Part shown: piece after piece, positions 25,417 through 37,810 of the stretch | Numbering within the stretch: position 1 is the first letter of the stretch | Layout: every line of letters starts with the position of its first letter | Made by a program: the position numbers and the translations under genes | The notes under the pieces: model-generated | Database searches by the model: none | What the model was told of the DNA's origin: nothing | Seen by the model: only the letters and a program-made list of their open reading frames with translations | NCBI GenBank assembly: GCA_951406725.2 | Contig: OX597815.1 | Location: 120,218,001-120,282,000, forward strand | Length of the DNA: 64,000 bases | Direction of reading: 5' to 3' | From: Octopus vulgaris | Taxonomy: Eukaryota

Positions 25417-25655
25417 TGTTAGCAGAAATGTTGGCAGAAACGTTAGCAGGCCAGGCGAAATGCTTAGCGGTATTTCGTCTGCCGTTACGTTCTGAGTTCA
25501 AATTCCGCCAAGGTCGACTTTGCCTTTCATTCTTTCGGGGTTGGATAAATTAGGTACCTGTTACACACTGGGGTCGATGTAATTGTAATTGACTTAATCC
25601 CTTTGTCTGTCGTTGTCCCCTCTATGTTTAGCCCCTTGTGGGCAATAAAGAAATA
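25417..25655 (+). mobile_element. SINE group C with 17-bp TSD
   Basis: TSD AGAATATATATAGAAAA at 25400-25416 and 25656-25672. Confidence 0.9.
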
Positions 25656-26011
25656 AGAATATATATAGAAAACCTAATTTTGTTATCCTAATCAAAAAAA
25701 TATATTCTGATCCCACATCATAGTTTAGTGGTCAGCACCAAAATCTAATTGTATGCTACATCTTAAGAAAATATTTTGAATGGTTGATCTATCCAGCAGC
25801 TTGGAGCATGCAATAAACAATGTACAACATAAAAAAATATATGTGAAAATCTTATGCACACAACTATGTATGCAAACTCACATATACTAACATGATAGTA
25901 GAATGCAGCACTTCAAACCTTGTTTATATCTGAAGCTGTCATCTTTACTTGAAGATGTCCAGAAAAATAAAATTTGATTCATAAGTTCTTGTGAATTAAA
26001 ATCCATATGAC

Positions 26012-26376
26012 AGGTACAGGTGTGGCTGTGTGATAAGTTTGCTTCCCAGCCACATGCTCCTGGGTTGAGGCCCACTGTGTGGCGCCTTGGGCAAAGCCTT
26101 GTGAATGAATTTACTAAGTGGAAACTGAAAGAAGCCTGTCATATATATGTATGTGTGTATGTGTGTCTTTGTGTTTATTCTCCACCACTGATTGACAATT
26201 GATGGTGGTATATTTATGTCCCTGTAACTTAGGAGTTCAGCAAAAGAGACTGATAGAATAAGTATCAGGCTTCAAAAAAGCCCTGGGTTCATTTGGTTTG
26301 ACTAAAATTCCTTGAGGTGGTACTCCAGCATGGTTGCAGTCTAATGATTCAAACAAGTGAAAGAGTAAAAGAATGA
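26012..26376 (+). mobile_element. SINE group A
   Basis: Head GTGGCTGTGTGATAAG, CCTTGGGCAA core, standard tail. Confidence 0.8.
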
Positions 26377-26560
26377 AAACATGACACTTTATTTTAAAGC
26401 CATTTAAGATCTTTAGAACCGAAAACATTACTTTGAATGAGATGAGAATTTCCTTTACATCTGTAATGATCCTCAAAAATCACAGTTTTAGAAGCTATGA
26501 TCCCCTTTTGTAATAAGTAGATTTTATAACTTCCACAAAAATAGAATAAAGAATACAAAC

Positions 26561-26745
26561 CACACTGCTTGCTGATCCACAGTCACCAAGTGCAATCTTT
26601 ATTGCAATAGCTGTGTCATTAGATGTCTGCTTATAAGTGCATGCCTTGGAAAATGATAAAGTTCCAGGTGTTATTGTAGAGTTACTGTTTTTAAATATTA
26701 TGGCTGTCATATCAGAATGTGAGCATATAATACTGGTTTTTGGTT
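26561..26745 (-). CDS. SRCR-ZP gene exon: ZP-N start (EPKTSIICSHSDMTAIIF...ALGDCGSASSV)
   Basis: tttcAG acceptor, GTG|GTTTGT donor. C....M and L.DCG ZP-N motifs. Phases 1 and 0 fit the neighbouring exons. Confidence 0.88.
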
Positions 26746-26837
26746 CTGAAATTATAAATAGATAATTTTTTATTTAAGACAATAAAAACTTATAATACAA
26801 TGTATTGCAATTATTCCTGCAAGTGCTGTTTAACATT

Positions 26838-27177
26838 GGGCTGACCAAAGCCTTGTGAGTGAATTTAGTGTATGGAAACTGAAAGAAGCCTGTTTGTGTG
26901 TGTGTTTGTGCTTATATATGTGCATGTGTTTCAGCGTAGCCTTGTCTTAACATCATGTGCTGGTCGTTAATAAGTATCATTGTCATACAAGTGATATTTT
27001 TTTGTTTCCAGTTTTCTATGAAAAACATGTTTGGCCATGAGAAATATTACATTGCTGGGAAGCAAGAAAGGCTTGGAGAAGGGAAGGGCATCTGTCTGAA
27101 GAAAATCTGCCTCAATAAATTCCATCTGACTCGTACAAGCAGCATTGATAAATGGATGTTAGATGATGATGATGATG
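26838..27177 (+). mobile_element. 5'-truncated group A SINE with RTE-type (GAT)n tail
   Basis: GACCAAAGCCTTGTGAGTG core followed by GGAAGGGCATC...GATGATGAT. Confidence 0.7.
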
Positions 27178-27183
27178 TTTACC

Positions 27184-27374
27184 CTCTTTACTCTTTTACT
27201 TGTTTCAATCATTTAACTGTGGCCATGCTGGAGCACCACATTTAGTCGAGGAAATTGACCCCAGGACTTATTCTTTGTTAGCCTAGTACTTATTTTATCT
27301 GTCTCTCTTGTTGAACCGCTAAGTTACGGGGACGTAAACACACCAGCATCGGTTGTCAAGTGATGTTGGGGGGA

Positions 27375-27413
<39 letters not shown>

Positions 27414-27601
27414 ACACTCACACACACACACACACATATATACAATGGGCTTCTCTCAGTTTCCGTCTACCAAATCCACTCACAAGGCTTTGGTCGGCCC
27501 AAGGCTATAGTAGAAGACACTTGCCCAAGGTTCCATGCAGTGGGACTGAACCCAGAACCATGTGGTTGGTAAGCAAGCTATTTACCACACAGCCACTCCT
27601 G
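27184..27601 (-). mobile_element. SINE group A with internal (CA)n
   Basis: Reverse complement of the 19916 element. Confidence 0.9.
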
Positions 27602-27626
27602 TATTCAAATTCAAGCAGAGTAGCTT

Positions 27627-28020
27627 TTATTATTTACTTGTTTCAATCATTGAAATGTGGCCATCCTGGGGCACCACTTTGAAGGGTTTAGTTGCACAAC
27701 TCATCCCCAGTACTTATTTTTGAAGTCTAGTGCATACACTATCATTCTATTTTGCTAAACTGCCAAGCTACCAGGATGTAAACAAACCAGCACTGGTTGT
27801 CAAGCAGTTGTGGGGAACAAACACAACACACACACATGTGCATACGCGTGCACATATATGGGAGGGGTTTCATCACAGTTTCCATCTACCAAATTCATTC
27901 ACAAGGCACTGGTTGACCTGGGGCTATAGTAGAAGATACTTGTCCACGGTACCATGCAGTGGGACTAAACCCAAAGCCATATGGTTACAAAGCAAGCTTT
28001 TAACCACAAAGTCATGCCTG
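27627..28020 (-). mobile_element. Older SINE group A copy
   Basis: Same layout as 27184-27601 but more diverged. Confidence 0.75.
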
Positions 28021-28112
28021 TTCTTATGGAAAATTAGAAATATATCAAAGGAGTCATTGCTATTGCTGTGATTGAACGTTTATTTTTAAACTTATTCTCT
28101 ATTTATTTTTTT

Positions 28113-28350
28113 CATCATCATCATCATTTAACGCCCATTTTCCATACTAGTATGGGTTGGATGGCTTAACAGGAACTGAGAAGGTCAGGGCCCACACCAG
28201 GTCTATAGTTTGTTTTGGCCTGGTTTCTACAGCTGGATGCACTTCCTAATGCCAACCACTTTACAGAGTGTACTGGGTGCTTTTTATGTAACACCACCAC
28301 TAGTGCTTCTTTTATGTAGCACCACAACCAGTGCTTTTTACATGGTACCA
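28113..28350 (-). mobile_element. RTE LINE 3' tail
   Basis: (CAT)n start, CAGCTGGATGC..CCTAATGCCAACCAC, repeated GTGCTTTTTA units. Confidence 0.7.
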
Positions 28351-28703
28351 TCATTCTTGAAATGTCAAAATTTTTTCCATACATCTATGACCTGGTTGCT
28401 GATACAGATCTAATGTCAATAATCAGGTCACAGTTGTGTGCTGAAAATTTTGACATCTTAAGAAATAAATGTTAAAGTGTATTTCTAAAAGAGATCTTCA
28501 GTGATATAAGTGTTTTGGTTTCAATATAGCTTCTTAGATGAAAAGAGGATCGTTTTTAACCAGCACCTAAAATTTACACACTTTCAGGTTCTGAATATTA
28601 TAGTAAAACTTTAGATATGTTTGTCAATAAATCCAACACTTTACAACACTAGGAAGTTGGTTTTTATTGTTTTACAAATGAAATATAAGCTAAATAGACA
28701 CAA

Positions 28704-29209
28704 GCATGGCTGTGAGGTAAGAAACATGCTTTTCAACCACATAGTTCCATGTTCAGTCCATCTGTGTGGCACCTGTAAGTGGATTTGGTAGACAGAAGCT
28801 GAAAGAAGCCTGTCATATATATATATATATATTTTATGTGTGTGTGTGTGTGTGAGTTTTCCCCTCCCCCACCAACCATTGCTTGGCAACTGATGTTGAT
28901 GTGTTTATGTCCCTGTAACTTAGCAGTCCGGCAAAAGAAACCGATAGAATAAGTACTAGGCTTACAAAGAATAAGTCCTGGGATTGATTTCTTCAACTAA
29001 ATACCTTTAAGGTAGTGCTCCAGCATGGCCACAGTCAAATGACTGAAACAAGTAGAAGAATAAAAGAATAAACAGCAAACATTGATAGTGACATTATTTC
29101 CAGGTTCAGTCCCACTACGTGGAACCTTGGGGAAGTGACTTCTACTATAGCCTCGGGCTGACCAAAGCCTTGTGAGTGGATTTGGTAGACGGAAACTGAA
29201 AGAAGCCCA

Positions 29210-29263
<54 letters not shown>

Positions 29264-29491
29264 GTATATATATATATGTGTGTGTGTGTGTCTGTGTTTA
29301 TCCCCCCAACATCGCTTGACATCTGATACTGGTGTGTTTACATCCCTGTAACTTAGTGGTTTGGCAAAAGAGACTGATAGAATAAGTACTAGGCTTACAA
29401 AGAATAAGTTCTGGGGTCAATTTGCTTGACTAAAGGCAGTGCTCCAGCATGGCCACAGTCAAATGACTGAAAGGAATAAAGGCATAAAAGA
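28704..29491 (+). mobile_element. Two tandem group A SINEs (about 28704-29068 and 29099-29491)
   Basis: Two cores and two tails. The second copy starts at the B-box and has a long internal (TA)n(TG)n. Confidence 0.85.
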
Positions 29492-29694
29492 ATATATCTT
29501 TTGTTTTTTTTTCTTGACTGTAAATCTGCTTTATTCAAAATAGTTAACGATTACATAAAAATTCAATAGTTTTATAATAAGTATATGTTCACAGTTTGTT
29601 TGTTTAAGCTTAAACAGGTCCATATTGGCTCCTGTGCTGGTTTTCTGCAAGTGGCCATATGACCAAACCCATCTGTGCTGATTGAAAGCTTTAA

Positions 29695-29915
29695 CTCTTT
29701 AGCATTTAAACCGGCCATATCCGGCCAAAAGTATTCTGCCTGTTTTATGTTCAAACTAGCCTTATATGGTCTCTCACACCAACCCTACAATATCATTTTA
29801 AAAATTAACAGCTACCTCATCAAAATCTCAAAGCTACAAGATAATGCCTGATTAGTTCAAGGCAATGTGGATGAAAAAGCATTAATTTTGGTAGAATAAT
29901 GTGAACACTAAAGGG
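29695..29915 (-). mobile_element. piggyBac-like MITE
   Basis: TTAA on both sides, CTCTTTAGCATT / CTAAAGGG ends. Reverse complement of the 10767 copy. Confidence 0.8.
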
Positions 29916-30304
29916 TTAAGTTATCCAATCAGACCATTTGCCAGACCAGAAAAGTATGGTGTGTTTTGAGTCACCCTACTGCTATAAATAAAGAAATTCC
30001 TCTATGCAATTTTGCAGAGAGAATTGTCTGCAGAGATTTTTTAGACTCATTGTTTTGTTCTTTTCCTGTGCACATCATCATGTACAAACTGCATGAGGGA
30101 CCATTGTATTTTTGCTAACAATATTATTCATGTTGTACCAGTAGACTGTATCATCTATTAGTGGAGAAATAAACATGGCCACCAATTTTAACCTGTGTCT
30201 TTGTATTTCTTGGTGGTCTTAATCATGACTCATTTCAAACCAGAAGATTATAATATTACCAGTACCATAGCCACATCACCATTCCCTACTAAAGTTTCAT
30301 TAAA

Positions 30305-30982
30305 TCTCTTATTATAAAAGGCAGATTTTATCTGCCTCCCTTTGTCTCTTATAGAAATCTACAATATAGGATTTCTTCAATTACAATTTACCTAGCATTT
30401 TTAAGAGTAGAATGCATCGGGTTTTGCCAGGTCCACTTTTTAAAATTTCAACCCCAATTAAGCAAAATTTAGAGAAAACTCACATTGTGGTGTATGAGTC
30501 AAATGTTTCTCTTAGTGTGGTCTACAGCACACGCACACACACAGTGTGCAACGAATAAAGTGAAAGTAATTCACTGTGTGTGTGTTGACAGGTAGACAAT
30601 AGAATGCGATGGCGATGGCGATGTAATATTTGTTTCTGTCTATGACGCTGATAGATACATGAGTAAAATGTATGGGAAGCTAAGAGATAAGAGTGAGTGA
30701 AAATGTTCTTGGAAGAGAGTAAATAGCGAGAGAGTGATTTGAGGAAGACTTTACATTAAATAACCGTAGTGGCTTGTCAAATGAAGAGTGAAAGGGTACT
30801 GGAGGAAATAGGGTGAGTGAGGAAGATGGCCCCTAGCAACCACACCTTTTAAGATATGGATTTCTAAAGTAGCCCACGAGCATCGTCACCTCATTCTACA
30901 TGTCCCTGTAAATTTTGGATCGAATCGGACGGGATAAAGTTATCTCTAAGAAACAGAAAGATCGCCCAAAAGTGTATATAGA
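30305..30982 (+). mobile_element. Non-autonomous Helitron-derived segment
   Basis: Starts A|TCTCTTATTATAAAAGGCAG, identical to the starts at 31096 and 33598. No CTAG 3' end visible. Confidence 0.65.
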
Positions 30983-31095
30983 TATTTAAATGTATTTATA
31001 TATTCATCTATACACACATGTATGTATAATGTGCGTGTATATATTTCCATAGAGGTAACCATTCAATCCATACAAAGTTTTTTAGGACGAAAATA

Positions 31096-32752
31096 TCTCT
31101 TATTATAAAAGGCAGATTTTATCTGCCTCCCTTTGTAACTTATAGAAATCTACAATATAGGATTTCTTCAATTACAATTTACCTAGCATTTTTAAGAGTA
31201 GAATGCATCGGGTCATGTCAGGTCCAGTTTTTAAAATTTAAACTCCAATTAAGCAAAATTTACAGAAAACTCACATTCTGGTGTGTATGTCAAATGCTTT
31301 TCTTAATGTGGTTTACACCACACACACACGCACACACACAGTGTGCAACGAATAAAATGAAAGTAAATAGCGACAGAGTGATTTGAGGAAGACTAAACTG
31401 AAAGTATTTAAACCACTACTCAAAAAATAAAAAACACAGCAAACAGAAACAAATAAATACATAACGATTTACTCCTCACACAATTTCTTCAATTAGAGTT
31501 TACCTAAGATTTTTCAAAGTACTCCATTCGGTCATGCCATAATATATTTCTTTCAATTTCACCCCCAATTAAGACAAAATTCGAGAAAACTCAATATTTT
31601 AACATTTCACTCCGAAAGCATTGATGTACATGTGTGCGTGCGTGAGTGTGTGTGTTTGATGGGTTGTGCGACACAGAAAGTGTGGTGTGTAAGTGAAGTG
31701 CTTTTGTTAGTGTGTGTAAAGAGACAGACAGAGTGAAAGACAGAAATAACTGAACTTTTTTTATTCACTTTTTGTAGTGAGTGACTGAGAGAGAAAAGAG
31801 AGAGAGAGGTTATGTATGTATATATGTATGTATGGCTTCAGTGACACACACACACACACACAAAAACACATACCTACGTACACCTAAAGCACGCACGCAC
31901 ACACACACAAGCGGAGCGCGAACTTCAAAATTTTGGTAGTATTAATTTGCGAGCGTACTTCTAAGCGCGCGTAATTGAAAGTTTTCACTATGATATTATC
32001 ACGTGCGAAAAAATTCGAAGGGTTTTGAACAATTGAGATACAGATGTCACGCCTGTATTGAAACCATTGCTAAGCTGCCGTAATTGCTTAATTAAGACTT
32101 TGTTTAAATTGAAAGGGGCAAATATGTGACGAGGTTGAAAAAAAATACCCCAGAGAAAAAAATGTACTGCTGGTATTTATATAATTCACTACTATTTTGC
32201 TACAATGTTATGAAAAAGAAAAAAATTTAGGTATGTAAATCGAATTCGCCACCCCCTTTTCCCAGTTCGCGTTTGTGTAAAAAAAATTATTATTTAAGTT
32301 TTAAAAATTATTTACTTTGTTCAAAAAATATTAATATTAATTAATTTTCAAGAATTATTTAATTTTATTCTGTAAAATAGTAATTAATTCATTTATCTGT
32401 AAATCCGCGAGGTTGTTACTCAGGCACCTAGAATGGTAACCTTCAACTAACACTATCTCCTCCGAGACCCTGCGGCGCAAGTTGACCAAAATTGAGAGTA
32501 TGGTAGAAGAAGGGTTGCTCTTCTTTCCGTAGAACATAAAATTCAAATCGGACCATGTTAACACCAAAAATTATTTACATCAAAAAGATGCTTTTTTCTA
32601 TGAAAATCCCTATATTTTACGATTTTTTCACTGCTGTGTCGCCACTTTTCGGTGTATTTCGACCAGAAAAATGTTCACAAAATTTTTACTTTTCAAAATT
32701 ACAATTCCAGCGGGTCGAAACAAACCCGAGCAACGCCGGGCGATACTGCTAG
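31096..32752 (+). mobile_element. Composite non-autonomous Helitron
   Basis: 5' A|TC terminus and 3' CCCG-AGCAACGC-CGGG hairpin followed by CTAG|T. Confidence 0.85.
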
Positions 32753-33597
32753 TTTATATATAAAAGAAAGGTTGTGTGTCTGTCTACTCCGATTTAGATT
32801 CCTAACTACTCCCACATTTTGCGATGCAGTTTAACCAAAACCGGGTATCTTATAGTCGTGATTCATATCGAGCCCTTCTGGGTATTAGCGCGCGTCTACG
32901 ATGAGTCTATGATTTTACAAATAATTTACCATCATTTTTTTCCATTTTAATGCATATTTTTTTTAATAAAGGGAAGTAACTCTCAAACTTCACACCAATA
33001 TGCGTGCTCATATGCGACGTAATATCACATCAGCAGCATTTCCTCACACCCTCCTTGCACTTGGCGAAGGCAAAATACCAGGGGATGAAAATGGTAATAT
33101 CGCCATTGATTCCATTTGTAACATTGTTAAGACGCCTTCTGATCTCAGAGATGCAGTGTTCCCAGATCTACAAGCTAATTATCAGAATATGGATTGGATT
33201 GGCAAAAAGGCTATACTGGCCCCGAGGAATAAAACTGTTCACCATATTAATGATGAAATGCTAAAACTCATTCCTGGGGAAGTCTATGTATATCAGTCTA
33301 TCGATACAACTCCTGACCCAGAGGACGTCATCAACTATCCAATAGAGGTACTCAATTCCTTTGAGCACCCCGGACTACCACCACACTTTCTCAAACTTAA
33401 AGTTGGTGCCCCTATAATGCTCATCAGAAATTTGGTTCCCCCAAAACAATGCAATGGCACACGTTTGATCGTTAAGTCCTTATCTCCCACCGTAAACTTA
33501 TATCAATATTTGCCTGAATAATCATCATAATTCAGTGCAATCATTAACAGTACTTTCAAGCAATTCAGCCCCGAGCAACGCCGGGCAATTCTGCTAG
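32753..33597 (+). mobile_element. Non-autonomous Helitron carrying a Pif1 helicase fragment
   Basis: 5' part matches the 34747 element. Same 3' hairpin plus CTAG|T. Confidence 0.85.
33000..33521 (+). pseudogene. Helitron RepHel Pif1-helicase fragment
   Basis: AILAPRN, YPIEVLNS, GLPPHFLKLKVGAPIMLIRNL and CNGTRL are hallmark Helitron/Pif1 motifs. Partial domain only. Confidence 0.92.
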
Positions 33598-33816
33598 TCT
33601 TATTATAAAAGGCAGATTTTATCTGCCTCCCTTTGTCTCTTATAGAAATCTACAATATAGGATTTCTTCAATTACAATTTACCTAGCATTTTTAAGAGTA
33701 GAATAAATCGGGTCGTGCCAGGTCCAGTTTTTAAAATTTCAACCCCAATTAAGCAAAATTTAGAGAAAACTCACATTGTGGTGTGTAAGTCAAGTGCTTT
33801 TCTTAGTGTGGGCTAT

Positions 33817-33857
<41 letters not shown>

Positions 33858-35143
33858 GGAGCGATCTGCTTCACTCACGCTATCACTCTAATTTTTACTC
33901 CTTTCTCTTTGCAAGTGTGCAACGATTAAAGTGAAACTATTTCTATAAAACGAGAGAAGTGTACCTTAAACCACTACTAAAAAAAAACACAGCAAACAGA
34001 AACAAATAAATACATAACGATTTACTCCTCACACAATTTCTTCAATTAGAGTTTACCCATGATTTTTCAAAGTACTTTCATTGGGTCATGCCATACAAAA
34101 TTTCTTTCAATTTTACCCCCAATTAAGACAAAATTCGAGAAAACTCAATATTTTAACATTTCACTCCGAAAGCATTGATGTACATGTGTGCGTGCATGAG
34201 TGTGTGTGTGGGTCATTCCTCACACACACGCATACACATACATATATGACAGTGACAAACACAAACGTTTCAAACAACTACATACAAACACGTGTGTGTT
34301 TGTTATTAGTAAAAAAGGCGCCAAACACAACTCACTTCTCATTCCAACACATTTGTAAAGACACACGGACGATCGAATTGCTATAACAATACAGAAAAGG
34401 TAAATTGGTTTTTAATTTACTTTCTGTCGTTAAATTTTGGTAGTATTAATTGGCGAGCCGAGCTTCTTTCAGTATATATTTATACATACATAAATATATA
34501 CACATATTCTGTATATATTTTATTATATAATATTATATATAGATATATGTATATATAATTGCAGTATGAAACAGTGTTTATGTATAAACAGACGGCACTT
34601 ATATATAGTTATTAATAAATGTATGCATCCGTTTAAAAGAAAAACCAAAAAATATTTTATTCTTTATAAATGTTGTGTTCAAAATAACATTTTCTTTTAA
34701 GAATGTGTATATAACAAAGTATGTGTATATAACTACGTGGCTTATATCTTTATATATAAAAGTGAAGTTGTGTGTCTGTCTCCTACGATTTAGATTCCTA
34801 ACTACTCCCACATTTTGCGGTGTAGTTTAACCAAAACCGGGTATCTTATAGTCGTGATTCATATCGAGCCCTTCTGGGTATTAGCGCGCGTCTACGATGA
34901 GTCTACGATTAAAAAAAAATTTACCATTATATTTTTCCATTTTAATGCATTTTTTTCGCTATTATATAAGGGAAGTAACTCTCTAAAAATATCTACGATG
35001 TGTCAACGATTTAAGAAAAAATTTACCTTAATTTTTTTTCCATGTTTAATGCATTTTTTGCTATTTTTTGGCTATAACTCTCTAAAAATGCTTATATAGT
35101 TATTTCCCTTACAAACCCGAGCAACGCCGGGCGATACTGCTAG
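33598..35143 (+). mobile_element. Composite Helitron whose 3' part (34747-35143) is itself a complete short Helitron
   Basis: TCTTATTATAAAAGGCAG start, second A|TCTTTATATATAAAAG start at 34747, hairpin plus CTAG|T at 35140-35144. Confidence 0.85.
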
Positions 35144-36192
35144 TATATATCTAAAAAGTAATATCTAAAAAGGCTTGCCAGTCTACCTCATGGTCCCTAC
35201 AGATAAAATGGGAAAAGTAAATTACCTGTACAATACTTTATTGACATTAATTGTAATATATATCAAAGAATATAGTCGATGTTTAATGATGTGAGACTGG
35301 GTAAATATTTTCTTGTATTAATTTAATTATACATCATTCTTTCTTCTGTACTTAAGAAAATGATGTCACTGAAACAACTATAATAAAGTATTCCTACTGC
35401 ATGGCACCATGAGCAAGTGCTGTCTAATGTGGACCCAGTTCAACCAAAGACTTATGAATGGATTTGATCAATGGAAACTGAAAGAAACCTGTCAGATATA
35501 TTTATAAGTGTGTTTGTGTGTGAGGGGGGGGGCTGTGTTTGTGTGTGTGCACATATACACACACACACACACATATACACATGTATGTATATGAATGTGT
35601 GTGTGTATGTATTTGTAATTGCATGTTTGTGTCACCTTGTTTTGACATCATGCAGTAATTGTGACTGTGACCCTCATATAAGCAGAATCTTTTGTTTCCA
35701 GTATGTAAATATGTTCAGCCATAGGGAGATATTAACTTCCTTAGAAAAAGTGAGGGTTTGACAGCTAGAGAGGGATGTTGGGCAGCATCAACATCCAGGT
35801 ACATTACAACTGTGTAGACTAAAGCAATAGGAAACAAAGTACCTTGTTCAAGTGCCACCTGATTCAGGAATTGAACCTGCCCTCTTATGAACATAACCCA
35901 AATACCCCAAGCACTAGGCCATGCACCTTTAAAAATTGGAAATTTAGTAAAATAAAGTTTTCAAATTTTGGCACTGGGTTAGCAAATTTTAAGGAAAAGT
36001 GGGAGTCGATAACATCAACCTCAGTGTACAAGTGGTATTTTATTGAACCCAAAAGGATGAAAGGCAAATTGAACTCAGCATAATTTGAACTCAGAACATA
36101 AAAACAGATGAAATACCGTTAAGCATTTTGTCTAGTGCACTAACAATTTTTCCAGCTTGTCACCTTAATTTATTAAAATAATCCAAGCTTAC

Positions 36193-36392
36193 CTTCAGGA
36201 ACAATGTTGGGTTGTTGAATACAGGAAACAGCTGATGCTTCAGATAGTGAACAATTTGCATCGTTATTGGCAGTAAATGGACAATCAGTGATTTTAGATT
36301 CAGTTCCCTGGCAGTTTAATTGAGTAATTTCTATTGGGTATCTTGGAGGAGGTTGGTACTGAGTATTGATGCTTGGAAGAGCATATTTCTCG
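36193..36392 (-). CDS. SRCR-ZP gene exon: second half of SRCR2 (not in the ORF track)
   Basis: tttcAG acceptor, G|GTAAGC donor. Translates EKYALPSINTQYQPPPRYPIEITQLNCQGTESKITDCPFTANNDANCSLSEASAVSCIQQPNIVPE. Confidence 0.92.
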
Positions 36393-36539
36393 CTGAAATA
36401 GTTGATATAACAGACATTAAAAGTATATCTTTCCCCTGTGGAAAGTTGTCATTGTGGCTGTGAATATAGTTTAGATTATGGAATATACATACATAAATAC
36501 ATGGTGGTTGCCTACTCTTTATGCAGAGTTTTACCACCT

Positions 36540-36890
36540 CCTGTATGTACCACCTTAGAAACATCATAGAATCTGATGTGGCTTTTTAAACCAGACAATG
36601 TTTTGAAAAGACACCCACACAGATTGCATATCCAATTTGGATCACCAAGAGCTGCAGTTAAGTTCTGATCTTTGTGGATCTTAAAATGTCTTTTGAGGCT
36701 TCTGTTAGGTTTGTAGACCCTCTAGCATACATTGCATTGAAAGGTGTGCACAGACATATAGGCAGAAAAGTTGGTGAAAGTTTTCCATGGATTCGCAAAT
36801 GAGATTTGAGCCCAGCAAAGAAAGGCATGGTCTGTCACAAGCTGTGCACACAAAAAGGTCATTGTGATTCACCTTCTCAACCATAACATT
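36540..36890 (-). mobile_element. Degenerate LINE (RTE-like) 3' end
   Basis: [15 protein letters not shown] resembles the C-terminal zinc finger of RTE ORFs. Abuts (CATA)n(TA)n. Confidence 0.45.
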
Positions 36891-36891
36891 C

Positions 36892-36919
36892 TTACATACA
36901 TACATGCATACATACACAC

Positions 36920-36966
<47 letters not shown>

Positions 36967-36983
36967 ATGTATACAGGTCTATA

Positions 36984-37049
<66 letters not shown>

Positions 37050-37070
37050 TACATCCTGTATATGTATATA
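36892..37070. repeat. (TA)n-rich compound microsatellite
   Basis: Read directly. Confidence 0.95.
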
Positions 37071-37395
37071 TAAATTCGATGACTGGCATCCATTCAAGCG
37101 GGGTGCAAAGAGTGCCATACAAGTGTGATCGTTGACAGAGCGGCTAACTGACTTCCATGCCGGTGGCACGTAAAAGGCACCATCATAGCGTGAATGTTAC
37201 CAGCATCGCTGTACTGGCACCTGTCAAGACCTTTGAAAAGGTTGCAAGACGCAACGAAAATTTCAGGAAAATAGAAATAAGAAATAAGTGGAAATTTTAC
37301 CGGTGAGTGTTTTACATTATAAGGCACAAAAAGAAAATGACTTTCCCCAAACACAACAGTATATATATCATCATCATCACTATCATCAACAGTAT

Positions 37396-37810
37396 ACTCT
37401 CTTTACTCTTTTACTTGTTTCAGTCATTTGACTGCGGCCATGCTGGAGCACCGCCTTTAATCGAGCAACTCGACCCCGGGACTTATTCTTTTTGTAAGCC
37501 CAGTACTTATTCTATCGGTCTCTTTTGCTGAACCGCTAAGTAACGGGGACATAAACACACCAGCATCGGTTGTCAAGCGATGTTGGGGGGACAAACACAG
37601 ACACACAAACAAACACACATACATATATATATATATATACATATATACGACAGGCTTCTTTCAGTTTCCGTCTACCAAATCCACCCACAAGGAATTGGTC
37701 GGCCCGGGGCTATAGCAGAGGACACTTGCCCAAGATGCCACACAGGGGGACTGAACCCGGAACCATGTGGTTGGTTAGCAAGCTACTTACCACACAGTCA
37801 CTCCTGCACC
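37396..37810 (-). mobile_element. SINE group A, full length
   Basis: Reverse complement of the 19916 element, CpG-rich (young). Confidence 0.9.
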
